NCBI GenBank assembly: GCA_965216325.1
Contig: OZ244160.1
Span: 1,280,001-1,344,000, forward strand
From: Coraliomargarita sp.
GTDB taxonomy: Bacteria; Verrucomicrobiota; Verrucomicrobiia; Opitutales; Coraliomargaritaceae
Direction of reading: 5' to 3'
DNA: 64,000 bases
The position numbers and the translations under genes were made by a program. The stretch's first letter is position 1. The number at the start of each line of letters is the position of its first letter. Positions 39,561-50,046 of this stretch are shown piece by piece. The notes under the pieces are model-generated. The model was given only the letters and a program-made list of their open reading frames with translations. It did no database searches and was not told where the DNA came from.

Positions 39561-40649
39561 ATGCAAAACCCCACATCATCTACACGGACAACTAAGAACG
39601 CACTGGGCACAGTAATCAAGCTTGGCATTGACGTGCATGCGAGCACCTACGTGGTGGTCATGAAGATCGATAGCAGCGCCCCTTCACGCGCGAAGCGCAT
39701 GAAGCCTGATATCTTCCTTCGATGGATTAAGCAGCTGAGCACTCAGTGCGAGCAGTTGCAAAGTTGCTACGAGGCCGGTCCTTTTGGTTACAGCCTGCAC
39801 CGCAAGCTCAAGGCGATGGGCGTGAACAACCACGTAATCCGCCCGATCAACTGGGACACTCATGGTAAGAAGGTAAAGACCGACGCGCGTGATGCGTTGC
39901 AAATGGTCTTGAGTCTGGACGGCTATCTGCGGGGCAATGACCGCAGCTTCAGTGTCGTGCGTGTGCCCAGCGAGCAAGAAGAGCGTCACCGCAGCCTAAC
40001 CCGGCAGCGTGAAAGCTTCGTCAAAGAACGTGGCCGTGCGGCCAAGCGTGGTAAGAGTCTGGGACTGTATTACGATCAACCCTTACCCAGCGGCTGGTGG
40101 AAGCCGCGCAAATGGATGCAGCTACTCGAACAGCTCGACGATTTTTTGATCAGCCTGCTGGAGCCACTGCGGTTAAACTGCCTGCACTTTAGCGAGCTAA
40201 TCAGCAACATCGAAGAACGTATCGAAGCGCTCGAGCCGGAACGGGTGCTGCCTAAAGGCATGGGGGTGGTCCTCTATGAACAGATCGAACGTGAGGTCTG
40301 CAACTGGAAGCGATTCAACAACCGCAAGGCGGTCAGTTCCTTTACCGGACTGTGCCCAAGCGAAGACACTAGTGCAAATCGGCGTTTCCAGGGCTCGATC
40401 AACAAACACGGCAGTCCCCGCCTGCGGCATATGCTACAAGAGTGCGCCTGGTTATTGATCCGGTGGAATCCCGGCTACAGTGGGGTGCGTAAATGGCAGG
40501 CCAAGCTCAGCGACGAGACCACCAGTAAGGCGACCCGCAAGAAAATTGCCGTGGCCATCGCCCGGCAGTTCGCCGTGGACTGGTGGCGCATACGCACTGG
40601 CCAATGCAGTCTCGAAGACTTCGGACTGATAAGCAGACAAAACCCATAA
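39561..40649 (+). CDS. IS110-family recombinase
   Basis: DEDD domain (GIDVH, YEAG, KTDARDA) and GLCPSEDTS..GSINKHG. Confidence 0.93.
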   Translation: MQNPTSSTRTTKNALGTVIKLGIDVHASTYVVVMKIDSSAPSRAKRMKPDIFLRWIKQLSTQCEQLQSCYEAGPFGYSLHRKLKAMGVNNHVIRPINWDTHGKKVKTDARDALQMVLSLDGYLRGNDRSFSVVRVPSEQEERHRSLTRQRESFVKERGRAAKRGKSLGLYYDQPLPSGWWKPRKWMQLLEQLDDFLISLLEPLRLNCLHFSELISNIEERIEALEPERVLPKGMGVVLYEQIEREVCNWKRFNNRKAVSSFTGLCPSEDTSANRRFQGSINKHGSPRLRHMLQECAWLLIRWNPGYSGVRKWQAKLSDETTSKATRKKIAVAIARQFAVDWWRIRTGQCSLEDFGLISRQNP

Positions 40650-40699
40650 GTCCGAACCAACGCTAAAGGCCTTCACCCTCTGATTTTAACGTTCTTTTG

Positions 40700-40920
40700 C
40701 AGTTTTCCTTTGTGCGGAGTGAGTCTGACCAAGCCCCTGTTGCCAACACAACGATTTTGTAGAATAGGCCACTTCGCCACCAAGCTTTTGAATGACCCAA
40801 TGGATAGGTCATAGTGTGCTCTTCTGAGAAACACTCAGAAACACGGATAGCAGGTTATCCCGGATCATCGAAACTCCGAGGCCATGCGCGGTGGACGCTC
40901 AAAGACGATTGCAATCAAAA
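40700..40920 (+). ncRNA. Candidate bridge/seek RNA
   Basis: Non-coding IS end with hairpins (ATGACC/GGTCAT, TCTGAG/CTCAGA) and a 9-nt complement of the insertion flank; boundaries approximate. Confidence 0.55.
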
Positions 40921-40983
40921 CAAACCACTTATCTTATGTAAAAACACTCACACGCTTCTACACTCTTGACAGAAACGAACATA

Positions 40984-41227
40984 GCAGGGGCTTTTCAAGC
41001 GAAGCCCGCAAGACGCTAATTGGCCACGAATACCACTTTGGTAAAGGTTCGACCTGGATTCGGGCTTTAGGGACGACAGTCTCTAGCGGTCCGAGAAAAT
41101 AACTACGTTCGGACGCTTGTGGGTATGTGCCCCTACCAAAACCGCCAAACCTTCTTCAAAACAGAAAACGGACTAAACTCCACCATTCAGCCTGAGCTTC
41201 TGATCGAAGGCAAACGAAGCCCCTACG
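40984..41227. repeat. Degenerate REP cluster (IS110 target)
   Basis: GCAGGGGCTT..GCGAAGCCC at 40984, partner GAAGCCCCTAC near 41216-41226, inner REPIN 41067-41137. Confidence 0.6.
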
Positions 41228-41290
41228 CCTGCAACTCAAACGCTAACTGAGAGGCTTTCAAACAGACAAAGATCTCAATAAAGTTGAGAT

Positions 41291-43204
41291 ATCGAGTAGC
41301 CGGGAGCGGTTGCCTGCTCCAAGCTCTCACACCACCGGACGTACGGTTCACGTATCACGGCGGTTCCGAAGAAGGATTTCGGCTCTCATCAATTCGAGCA
41401 AATCATAGACAGATAGGAGCTTCATTTGCGTGAAGGCTTTGCGTGGGAGGGCTTGGTTCATGTGAGAGGCTCCGCTGTTAAACCACGCCCCGCGTCCGTT
41501 GTAGCTGCTTTTGCGGGCACATTCGGGGCTGAGCCCAAGCTGCACCAGCTTCCTGTAGCGGGTGTGGGGACGTTTCCACTGTCGCCAGAGGATGCACCGC
41601 AAGCGATGTCGCAACCATTCGTCCAGTTCCCCGGCGAAGGTTTTCGTCTGACTCAGGCGGAAGTAGTTCGTCCAGCCGCGTAGCACTGGATTGAGCGTCT
41701 CAGCGATGAAGCGGCGCAGGTTGCGCCCGCGCCCTTTGCGGCAGAGTTTCCGCAGCTTGGACTTCATCTTTTGAGTCGTCTGTTTGGGCACGCGAATGCG
41801 GCTATGCTTGCCCCCAGTGAAGCTGTAGCCGAGGAAGATCCGGCGGCTCGGACGATCCACCGCGCTTTTGAGGTGGTTGACCTTCAGCTTCAGTTTGGTC
41901 TCCAAATAGTTCGTGATCGAAGCGAGCACACGCTCGCCGCTGCGCTGCGTGGCGACGTAAATGTTACAGTCGTCCGCGTAGCGGCAGAAGCTATGGCCGC
42001 GCTTCTCCAGTTCCTTATCCAGATCGTCCAACATGATGTTGGACAGCAGTGGAGAGAGCGGCCCACCCTGAGGCGTGCCTTTCTCCATGGGTTGAACCAG
42101 CCCGCCGATCATCACTCCAGCTTTAAGCCAGGAGCGGATCAGTTTGAGCATGGCTTTGTCTTTCACATGACGGCGCACCCGCGCCATCAGCAGGTCGTGG
42201 TTCACTTCGTCGAAGAAGGCCTTCAAGTCCATGTCCACGACCCAGTTCTTGCCTTCGTGCTGATACTTTTGCGCCTGTTCGACCGCTTGTCCTGCGCTGC
42301 GTCCGGGGCGGAACCCGTAGCTGTGTTCGCTGAACAGGGGGTCGAAGATCGGGCTGAGTATCTGCAAGGCCGCTTGTTGCAGCACACGGTCAACGATCGT
42401 GGGAACGCCCAGCTTGCGGGTGCCCCCGCCCGGCTTTTTGATCTCCAGACGCAGCACTGCCGGGGGACGATACCTCCCGGTCAGCAACTGCGATTCGATC
42501 TGCTCCCAGTGCGCATTTAGATACGCCAGGCTGGCTTCCATGTCGCGCTCGTCGATGCCCGCTCTGCCGCCGTTGCGGCGCACTTTCTTCCACGCGGCTT
42601 TGATATTGCCGCGCTCGGTCACCTGTCGAATCAGGTCGTATTGGTGAGCAACTCGGTTCTCCAAGGCCGATGGCGCGCTTGATGCGCCCGCATGGACTCG
42701 CCCCAGATGCCGTCCGGTTCCTTCCACGCGGGTCTGACGGGTGGTGCCGCCAGCTTCTGCTTCCCTGCTCTCGCTCATGGTCTCAGTCCTTGTTGTCGTT
42801 CTTCGGTTCGATCCTTCGCCCGCGACCTGTGCAGGCTACTATGATCTCGGCTGACTTCTCTAAACACATCCCAGTGCCTCGCGACACTGGTAGCCAGTAG
42901 CATGTTCAGAGACCTCCCCGGGTAATGCGCACTTACCGTCACACTTATGCCTGCCGCATGTACGCCTGCGCTTTCCGGGCAAGTTTCGGACTTTGAAGTT
43001 CTGTGCCTCCTCATCCAACGCAAACGCCTCTTATGCGATTTCTGTTCGTCAGGCCAGTGCTTTGCCATAGGCTTCCTTCCCACGAACACCTCGCGATGCC
43101 GCAGTTGCCCTTCGGCTAACTCTTCCCCTTGCCGGGCGAGTAACAGACTTTCATCAATTTCCATTAATAATCACTGTCGAGTAAGTGCGCCCTGCCGGGC
43201 GCAC
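41291..43204 (-). mobile_element. Group II intron, class IIC
   Basis: 5' GTGCGCCCGGC; short domain V GAACCGCCG..CCGTACGTCCGGTGGT; 3' CTACTCGAT; inserted just after a terminator hairpin. Confidence 0.92.
41348..42778 (-). CDS. ltrA: Group II intron reverse transcriptase/maturase (no endonuclease domain)
   Basis: SYGFRPGRS, GTPQGGPLSPLL, RYADD, GWTNYF. Confidence 0.95.
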   Translation of the reverse strand: MSESREAEAGGTTRQTRVEGTGRHLGRVHAGASSAPSALENRVAHQYDLIRQVTERGNIKAAWKKVRRNGGRAGIDERDMEASLAYLNAHWEQIESQLLTGRYRPPAVLRLEIKKPGGGTRKLGVPTIVDRVLQQAALQILSPIFDPLFSEHSYGFRPGRSAGQAVEQAQKYQHEGKNWVVDMDLKAFFDEVNHDLLMARVRRHVKDKAMLKLIRSWLKAGVMIGGLVQPMEKGTPQGGPLSPLLSNIMLDDLDKELEKRGHSFCRYADDCNIYVATQRSGERVLASITNYLETKLKLKVNHLKSAVDRPSRRIFLGYSFTGGKHSRIRVPKQTTQKMKSKLRKLCRKGRGRNLRRFIAETLNPVLRGWTNYFRLSQTKTFAGELDEWLRHRLRCILWRQWKRPHTRYRKLVQLGLSPECARKSSYNGRGAWFNSGASHMNQALPRKAFTQMKLLSVYDLLELMRAEILLRNRRDT

Positions 43205-43206
43205 AC

Positions 43207-43240
43207 AAAAAGGCCCTCCAGTGAAAACTGGAGGGCCTTT
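43207..43240 (-). terminator. Terminator of the porin gene and intron target hairpin
   Basis: AAAGGCCCTCCAG..CTGGAGGGCCTTT. Confidence 0.9.
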
Positions 43241-43264
43241 GATCAGAATATAAAAAGAGCTATC

Positions 43265-44503
43265 TTAGAAAGAGAAGATCAGCTCAACAGCACCGATGAG
43301 TTCATCATACTCTGCATCACCACCACCGGTCAGCACACCACCCGCATCAGCACCGAGATCGCCGTCGCCTTCAGCATAGCTTACTTCAAGCACAAGCAGC
43401 AGGTTATCAGTGAATGCGTAGTTGTGGGCCAGTGTGAACTTAAGCATGTCTGCCTCGATGTCAGCGTCAGCTGAGATTGGTGTGCTTACGTCACCTTCAA
43501 TCTCGTAATCAACATAGCTGATACGACCAGTCACAGATGCCTTCTCGCTGTATGCCCAGTTGGCCATGATCAGACCACCAAGGGAATCAGTTTCGATGTC
43601 AGCAAGAACACCAGAAACCCCTGGCGCATCTGTAGTGTCATCCCACTCATTGTTGCCGTAGAAGAATTCTGCAGCAAAGAACCATGCACCCATTTCATAA
43701 GTAACATAGGTGTTGAAGGTGTAGCTGGTTGTGTCACCGGTATCGATTGCGTCACCAGAGAGACCATCACCGTCTTCATAAGCGAGGCCAACGAACCATG
43801 TGAAGTCTTCAGTTACGTTCCAAGCACCTGCAAGTTCAGCGCCCCAACCGCCACCGTCGACGGACTCGGAACCACCAAGACGGCTGTCGTAGTTTTTGTC
43901 ACCGTCAAGTAGCGAGGCACCAAAGAAGAACTCGTCGCTCTCATATGTGTATTTTACACCTTGAGAGTAGTTTGCGCCAATCGGGAAGATTGTGCCAGTC
44001 AACGCTGCGATATCCTCACCGCCAAGGTCATCAGGAAGGAAGCCAAGACCAAGGTCAAGAAGCTCAGAACCTGCAAAAGGAAGCGAATATGCAGTAGAGT
44101 ATTGGTAAAGACCTGTTGGCTCGAAAGCTTCGAAACCAAGCATCGATGCGAAGCGACCAGCTGTGATCGCACTGCCACCGTCGAAGTGGTAAGTCGCGAA
44201 TGCCTCTTCTACTTCAAGGTCATCACCAGCTTCTTCATATTCAAGATCGATTTGAGCAGTTACCTTGTCGAAGTCGAACAACCAGCTGATTTCAACCTGA
44301 TCTACAGCGAAACTGTTGTCGGAGAAGTCTTCATCAAAGACGTTACCAACGCCGTCAACGTCAGCTTCAGCACTGCCGTCGGCGTGAACGTAGGACATAT
44401 CGATAAAGCCCTCGAAGGAAAGGAAGTCATTGATGACGATCTCACCATACGAAAGGCTGCAAGCCGCAAATGCTGCGGATGTAAGCGCAAGTTTCTTATT
44501 CAT
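43265..44503 (-). CDS. Outer-membrane porin-like beta-barrel
   Basis: Signal peptide, acidic beta-rich sequence, C-terminal ELIFSF. Confidence 0.8.
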   Translation of the reverse strand: MNKKLALTSAAFAACSLSYGEIVINDFLSFEGFIDMSYVHADGSAEADVDGVGNVFDEDFSDNSFAVDQVEISWLFDFDKVTAQIDLEYEEAGDDLEVEEAFATYHFDGGSAITAGRFASMLGFEAFEPTGLYQYSTAYSLPFAGSELLDLGLGFLPDDLGGEDIAALTGTIFPIGANYSQGVKYTYESDEFFFGASLLDGDKNYDSRLGGSESVDGGGWGAELAGAWNVTEDFTWFVGLAYEDGDGLSGDAIDTGDTTSYTFNTYVTYEMGAWFFAAEFFYGNNEWDDTTDAPGVSGVLADIETDSLGGLIMANWAYSEKASVTGRISYVDYEIEGDVSTPISADADIEADMLKFTLAHNYAFTDNLLLVLEVSYAEGDGDLGADAGGVLTGGGDAEYDELIGAVELIFSF

Positions 44504-44719
44504 TAGTGTAGTGTTCTTTGGTTTGTTTGTCGTGAACCCTCATAAATGAGAAATTCAACGAGCAAAATCTGCCCCAAAAACGTTAGAAAGTGAAGCTTTT
44601 TTTTATGAATCAAACACCTCAAAAAAGAGACACCTAGACACCTCATAAAGCTGTCACGAATAAGGCCGCCCAGCTCAATTAACTAAGCATGAGGCAGGCA
44701 GTGGCTTCCCCTCACCAAC

Positions 44720-45424
44720 TTAGGCATACACAATGCAAGCGCACTGATCGCAGAAGTGAGGCTCCCCTGAATCGAGCGCCTCTCGAGAGACCTCATTCGA
44801 CACGCGCAAATGGCAACGCGCACAAACGTGCGCTTCAATCCTTGCGACATACGGTGCCCGCTTCACCAATTTACGCACACGATCATAGTGCTCGATGTAG
44901 GACTCTTGAATGCCTTCGCGTGACGCAGCCAGCGCTGCCTTGGCGTCATCAATCGAGTCTTTAAGATTCTGCTCTTTCTGAGCCAAGAGCTCAATGTGAC
45001 GACGCTGCTCCTGAATACGGAGCTCAATCTCGGCCTTATCGGCATTGAACTGCTCGGTGACTTCGTCGATTTCGAGCATCAGCTCGATTTCCTGCTCCTC
45101 GAGTGTCGAAATTTCAGTCTCAGTCTGCTCAATCTGCTGAGTCATCGCCCGATACTCGTCGTTTTTCTTAATTTCGAGCTGCTGGGTGCGAAATTTGGCC
45201 ACGGCGGCCTCTTTGGCCTTCACCTCTGTGTCGAGTTCACTGCGCTGCACCTCTTTTTCCTTCAGTGTCTGGCGAGCGGCCTCAACATTGGCCTCTTCCG
45301 CTGCGATCTTGCTTTCGATTAAGGCGCGCTCTTTGGGAATACGCGTGAGCTCTTGCTCGATTTTTTGCAGCGAAGTGTCGCGATCTTGAACGATTAGGAG
45401 CTTTTCGATTTGCGGGTCAGGCAT
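44720..45424 (-). CDS. Coiled-coil + C4 zinc-ribbon protein (DUF164-like)
   Basis: Long coiled coil, CARCH..CDQC. Confidence 0.85.
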   Translation of the reverse strand: MPDPQIEKLLIVQDRDTSLQKIEQELTRIPKERALIESKIAAEEANVEAARQTLKEKEVQRSELDTEVKAKEAAVAKFRTQQLEIKKNDEYRAMTQQIEQTETEISTLEEQEIELMLEIDEVTEQFNADKAEIELRIQEQRRHIELLAQKEQNLKDSIDDAKAALAASREGIQESYIEHYDRVRKLVKRAPYVARIEAHVCARCHLRVSNEVSREALDSGEPHFCDQCACIVYA

Positions 45425-45474
45425 GTCTGCACACTGTCACCATCAGCGACCCACAGAGCAACCTAAAACCACGC

Positions 45475-45831
45475 ATGAGCGACACTTCTCTCCAAGACCA
45501 AATCGACGACGCCACTTTTGATTTCACCATGGGCGACTGCGCCACAGCAATCGAAAAGCTGCAGGCGATTACCGCCCAGAATGCGGACTGCTTTGCCGCA
45601 TGGCATGCCCTCACTGAGGTGCTGTTTTCAGAACAACAACTTAACGCTGCACTTGAGGCCGCCGAACACGCCCACAGTTTGGACGCCAACGACATCCACA
45701 TCAACACCAGCCTATCGCGCATCTGGGTGGCCCTCGGCGACAAAGAAAAAGCCGAACACTTTGGTGCCCAAGCACGTATGCTCGGCTGGAAAGATGAACT
45801 AAAATCTCCGCCCAAAACGGATGAATTTTAA
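45475..45831 (+). CDS. TPR-containing protein
   Basis: TPR-like helical pattern. Confidence 0.7.
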   Translation: MSDTSLQDQIDDATFDFTMGDCATAIEKLQAITAQNADCFAAWHALTEVLFSEQQLNAALEAAEHAHSLDANDIHINTSLSRIWVALGDKEKAEHFGAQARMLGWKDELKSPPKTDEF

Positions 45832-45895
45832 CCCCAAGAACCGAGCGATTCGCGGCATTGACAGGCCAGATTTCGCTTAACTTAATCGTCACAAC

Positions 45896-46888
45896 ATGGA
45901 AGACGCTACCTACACGCTAGAATTTGAAAAACCACTGCGCGAGCTAACCAAGCAACTTCAGACACTCCAAACCGTGTCTGAGGAATCGAAAGTGGACGTT
46001 GCCAGCGAAATTGAGGCAATTGAAAAGAAGATCGAAGCCATGAAGGCCGACATCTACTCGAACCTGACTCCATGGCAGCGCGTGCAACTCTCCCGCCACC
46101 CCAAGCGCCCCTACGCACTCGACTACATCGAGCGCATTTTTACCGATTTTCAGGAGTTACACGGCGACCGCCGCTTCAAGGACGACGCCGCAATCGTAGG
46201 TGGCCCTGCCTTTCTGGATGGCAAGCCAGTGATGGTAATCGGCCAGCAAAAAGGCCGCAACACCAAGGACAACCTCAAGCGCAACTTCGGCTGTCCACAC
46301 CCGGAAGGCTACCGTAAAGCGATGCGCTTGATGGAAATGGCAGACAAGTTCGACATGCCAATCGTCACGCTTATCGACACTCCAGGCGCCTACCCTGGCA
46401 TCGGTGCTGAGGAACGCCACGTTGCAGAAGCCATCGCAGTCAACATCCGCGACATGAGTGCACTCAAAGTGCCGATCATCAGCATCGTTATTGGCGAAGG
46501 TGGCTCAGGCGGTGCGCTCGGTATGGCTGTAGCGGACGAAGTGATGATTCTTGAAAACGGCTACTACTCGGTAATTTCACCAGAGGGCTGTGCAGCCATT
46601 CTTTGGAAGGACCGCGCCGCGGCACCAAAGGCCGCTGAAGCATTGAAGTTCAGCCCGAGCGATTTGATCAAGTTCGGTGTTGTTGACCAGATTCTAAAAG
46701 AGCCAGTTGGCGGCGCCCACCGTGACTACGCAGAAGCTGCAGCCACAATGAAGACCGCGATCGTTGATTCACTCAAGGGGCTCTCCAAGAAGAGCGACAA
46801 GAAGCTACTCGACGATCGCTACGACCGCTTCCGCAAGCTCGGCGTCTTCGAAGAAAAAGCCACTGCAGAAGCCTCAACTGAGGCCTAA
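45896..46888 (+). CDS. accA: Acetyl-CoA carboxylase carboxyltransferase alpha
   Basis: ELHGDR, PEGYRKA, DTPGAYPG, GEGGSGGA, SPEGCA. Confidence 0.97.
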   Translation: MEDATYTLEFEKPLRELTKQLQTLQTVSEESKVDVASEIEAIEKKIEAMKADIYSNLTPWQRVQLSRHPKRPYALDYIERIFTDFQELHGDRRFKDDAAIVGGPAFLDGKPVMVIGQQKGRNTKDNLKRNFGCPHPEGYRKAMRLMEMADKFDMPIVTLIDTPGAYPGIGAEERHVAEAIAVNIRDMSALKVPIISIVIGEGGSGGALGMAVADEVMILENGYYSVISPEGCAAILWKDRAAAPKAAEALKFSPSDLIKFGVVDQILKEPVGGAHRDYAEAAATMKTAIVDSLKGLSKKSDKKLLDDRYDRFRKLGVFEEKATAEASTEA

Positions 46889-46909
46889 GCGGCAAAGCTG
46901 GAAAGCGAA

Positions 46910-47689
46910 CTACCAACTGACACGCAGACCATCGTAAGCCAAGCGGATGTTCTCCGGCAACTCAGCTTCGGTAGCCTCGTGGTCGACCATGTAGGTCATG
47001 TGAGTCAGGAAAGACATGGGCGCATCCATTTCCTTGGCCACCTGAGTCGCTTCCGCAACCGTCATATGCGAAGGATGTGGCTGAGGGCGTAGACCATCCA
47101 AAACCACAATGTCTGCGTCCTCCGCAATTAAACGCGCCTCCTCGCCGACCTCCTTGCAATCGGTGTAATACGCGAGCGATTTACCAGTGTCCTTCTCGGT
47201 AAAGACCAGGCCGAGCACCTGCATGTTACCATGCGGCAGATAAACGGTCTCAATGAGGCCACCGGGTAGTTCCAACTGCTGAGGCATCTCATGCAGTTGA
47301 AATGCCGGGTAGCCCTTGACCACCGGCTTATCCAAAATCGCATAGGGAAAGATCTCGCGAATGCGCGCCAAGCCGTGAGGGCTACTGTAAACAGGCAGCG
47401 CCTCGCCTCCCTTCAAATCACAGAAACGGCGCAAATCATCCATGCCCAGGATGTGATCTGCGTGCGGATGGGTAAGCACGAAGGTATCGATTTGGTCGAG
47501 CCCCGCCTGAATACATTGCATCCGAAACTCTGGCGCAGCATCTACCTGAATGTGATGCCCCCCCATTTCGACGTGAATCGAAGTGCGCGTGCGCCAATTT
47601 TTGGGATTCTCAAGATCACAACCGCCCTCAGGTTGCGCAATCATGGGGACGCCCTGTGAGGTCCCTGTGCCTAAAAAGATAACTTCCAT
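46910..47689 (-). CDS. MBL-fold metallohydrolase (PhnP-like)
   Basis: LGTGTSQGVP, THPHADH, AYDG. Confidence 0.88.
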   Translation of the reverse strand: MEVIFLGTGTSQGVPMIAQPEGGCDLENPKNWRTRTSIHVEMGGHHIQVDAAPEFRMQCIQAGLDQIDTFVLTHPHADHILGMDDLRRFCDLKGGEALPVYSSPHGLARIREIFPYAILDKPVVKGYPAFQLHEMPQQLELPGGLIETVYLPHGNMQVLGLVFTEKDTGKSLAYYTDCKEVGEEARLIAEDADIVVLDGLRPQPHPSHMTVAEATQVAKEMDAPMSFLTHMTYMVDHEATEAELPENIRLAYDGLRVSW

Positions 47690-47765
47690 ACAAGTCTGCA
47701 GCCTGAGGATTCACCTCCGACAATCAATAGAGTAAAGCTCATCAGCCGATTAAATTACGGCACTG

Positions 47766-48695
47766 TCACTTAGCAGGCACCGAATCCGTCTCGCTCACAA
47801 TCAAATCCAAATACAAGAGTCGGTGGTCACTCCCACGCAGCATTCCCGGTTCATCGACAATAAGGGCACGTCCGGCTTCAATTTGTGGTCCCAACTCGGG
47901 TGACGCGACAAAGCCATCGAAGGTCAAATATTGGCTCTGCTTCTCATAGAACAGAGTCCAGACTTCACCACGCGAATCCGCAGCTGGCACACGTGCTCCA
48001 ATCGACAACTCGCCCCGCTTGTAAAAACGGCGCAGCGTTGCGCTGCCCGGATGGTCGTTGAAATCGCCCGCAATAAGAAAGCGATCCTGCGACAAATCAT
48101 AGCTGCGCTCCACAATACGATTCCGACACGCCTCAGCCTCTCGGGTGCGCCTTAAAGTAGAATTCGGATCCTCCTCAACGTCCGACCAATGGCTCTTAAG
48201 GTGAACTACAAATAACTGAAACGCCCCTCCATCGCCAAATGGGAATACAACTTCCAATAAACCACGCCTGACCTTCTCGCGTCCGTCAATATAGTTAAAA
48301 TCAAGATCGTCATGCTTGACCACTACCTCGGGAGCAATCCGTGAAAGCACTGCAATATGCCGCACTGAATCATCGGCGCGCATGTGAATCGCATACTCGT
48401 AGTGAAGTCCTTCCTGAGCCAGATCCGCCCGCAACTCCTCCAAGAAGGGAAGCCCTCCGATCTCCTGCAGGGCCAGAATGTCCGGGCTCACGGAAAGGAT
48501 CGCATTACGTACAGCAGCCTTCTCCGCCTCTGGCTTAGGATAGGCTGGACGCCATTTCGCACCGACATAGCGATCCATGACTAAATAGTTTTCGAGATTA
48601 TACGTCGCGATCCGTATCGACTGGACTGCGACCAGAGATGTCCCGAGCCATAAATAAGCCCAACACAGGTAGACAATCTGGCAGCACAATTTCAT
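47766..48695 (-). CDS. Secreted endonuclease/exonuclease/phosphatase-family protein
   Basis: ATYNLEN, LQE, HLKS, GDFND, SDH. Confidence 0.88.
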   Translation of the reverse strand: MKLCCQIVYLCWAYLWLGTSLVAVQSIRIATYNLENYLVMDRYVGAKWRPAYPKPEAEKAAVRNAILSVSPDILALQEIGGLPFLEELRADLAQEGLHYEYAIHMRADDSVRHIAVLSRIAPEVVVKHDDLDFNYIDGREKVRRGLLEVVFPFGDGGAFQLFVVHLKSHWSDVEEDPNSTLRRTREAEACRNRIVERSYDLSQDRFLIAGDFNDHPGSATLRRFYKRGELSIGARVPAADSRGEVWTLFYEKQSQYLTFDGFVASPELGPQIEAGRALIVDEPGMLRGSDHRLLYLDLIVSETDSVPAK

Positions 48696-48702
48696 TAAAG
48701 TA

Positions 48703-49953
48703 TCACTCGCGCCTCAACGAGGCCTCACGCTCCAGCAAGGTCGGGTGCGAATAATGAAAGCTGCTGTATAAGGGGTGTGGCGTCAAATTGCTGAGATTCT
48801 CTTTATGCAATTTCCGTAAGGAACGGACCAGCGGCTCATAGGAATTCATCGCGTCACGAGCAAAGGCATCTGCTTCATACTCATGCTTACGCGACAGGCG
48901 GCTGCTCAACGGGGAGAGCCAGAAAGTGACCAACCCACTCAAGAGCATAAACAAAATTAACACCGGCACCAATGCCCCCGATGCGGACTCACTAAAGCCA
49001 AATGCCTGAGCAAACCATAGACTATTGGCCAGCCATCCAAGTGCAGCAAACATTCCCAGTGTCATCACACCAGACACAGCGATCATCTTCGGAATGTGCC
49101 CTAATTTGTAGTGTCCGATCTCGTGCGCTAAAACCGCCTCCAGCTCCTCGGCCTCCATTTGCTCGATCAGCGTATCGAACAATACGATACGACGAAACTT
49201 CCCAAAGCCGGCGAAGAATGCATTCGAATGCCCGGAACGCTTGCTCCCATCCATCACCAAAATGGTTTGTGCAAGGAAGCCCGTGCGATCAGCCAGCGCA
49301 AAGAGGCGATCTTTGAGCTCCCCCTCCTCGATCGGCTCCATTTTGTTAAACAGTGGCATGATGAACATCGGATACGCGACTACCATGACTAACTGAAAGA
49401 TAAAGAACACCGCAAAGCCCCAGACCCACCAGAGTGCACCAGCGGACTGCACCAAGAATATCAGCAGCGCCAACAAGGGATAGCCGATCACAAAGCCGAT
49501 CAGGAGGCCCTTAATCTTATCGATTACCCAAAGCTGTTTCGTGCTTTTGTTGAAACCAAAGCGTTCCTCCAACTTAAACGTGCTCCACCAATCAAAAGGA
49601 ATACCGGGCATCCCAAGTGCAATTGCAATTAGGAACAAGACCAAGGCCTGCCCCCAGACTCCTATACCAAGCGGCGCAGTAAGAAGCTCATAGAGCCATG
49701 GCAATAGGCCTGAGACAATCACCACGACCAAAATCAGCGCATCATAGAGATCATTCACGATGCCAAAGCGAGTCTTAGCCACCGTGTATTCGATCGACTT
49801 CGCATAGCTTTCCGCATCCATAAAATCACGAAAACTCTCAGGCACTTCGGCAGACTGTTTCGCGGCATGGCGCATATTAATCCAGTCCAGCCATATGCTG
49901 GTTGCTGTTTTCACAACAAGAAGAACGAGAAACGTAAGCAGAATTGTATTCAT
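48703..49953 (-). CDS. M48 (Ste24-like) membrane metallopeptidase
   Basis: NAFFAG, HEIGH, EYEAD, SHP. Confidence 0.92.
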   Translation of the reverse strand: MNTILLTFLVLLVVKTATSIWLDWINMRHAAKQSAEVPESFRDFMDAESYAKSIEYTVAKTRFGIVNDLYDALILVVVIVSGLLPWLYELLTAPLGIGVWGQALVLFLIAIALGMPGIPFDWWSTFKLEERFGFNKSTKQLWVIDKIKGLLIGFVIGYPLLALLIFLVQSAGALWWVWGFAVFFIFQLVMVVAYPMFIMPLFNKMEPIEEGELKDRLFALADRTGFLAQTILVMDGSKRSGHSNAFFAGFGKFRRIVLFDTLIEQMEAEELEAVLAHEIGHYKLGHIPKMIAVSGVMTLGMFAALGWLANSLWFAQAFGFSESASGALVPVLILFMLLSGLVTFWLSPLSSRLSRKHEYEADAFARDAMNSYEPLVRSLRKLHKENLSNLTPHPLYSSFHYSHPTLLEREASLRRE

Positions 49954-49995
49954 TTAGAGGGCACCAAGAGACATGGATTCGAGTAGCGGGTAAAC

Positions 49996-50023
49996 AAAAA
50001 ACCCGCAGCCAAAGCTGCGGGTT
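49996..50023 (-). terminator. Terminator after pilC
   Basis: AACCCGCAGC-CAAA-GCTGCGGGTT with a T-run on the minus strand. Confidence 0.85.
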
Positions 50024-50046
50024 CTTGAAAGTCGGATCTGCCCGTA

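Larger units (their letters stand above)
39496..40985 (+). mobile_element. IS110-family (IS1111-type layout) element
   Basis: Sub-terminal IRs CTGTCAAATTGTAGA / TCTACACTCTTGACAG; AGC at both junctions; long 3' non-coding end. Confidence 0.8.

Noticed and set aside
41348..42778. Retron, DGR or defence RT (considered because of the bAvd-like remnant)
   Set aside because: It has a maturase domain and full group II intron RNA ends; no TR/VR pair seen, and the remnant is 32 kb away
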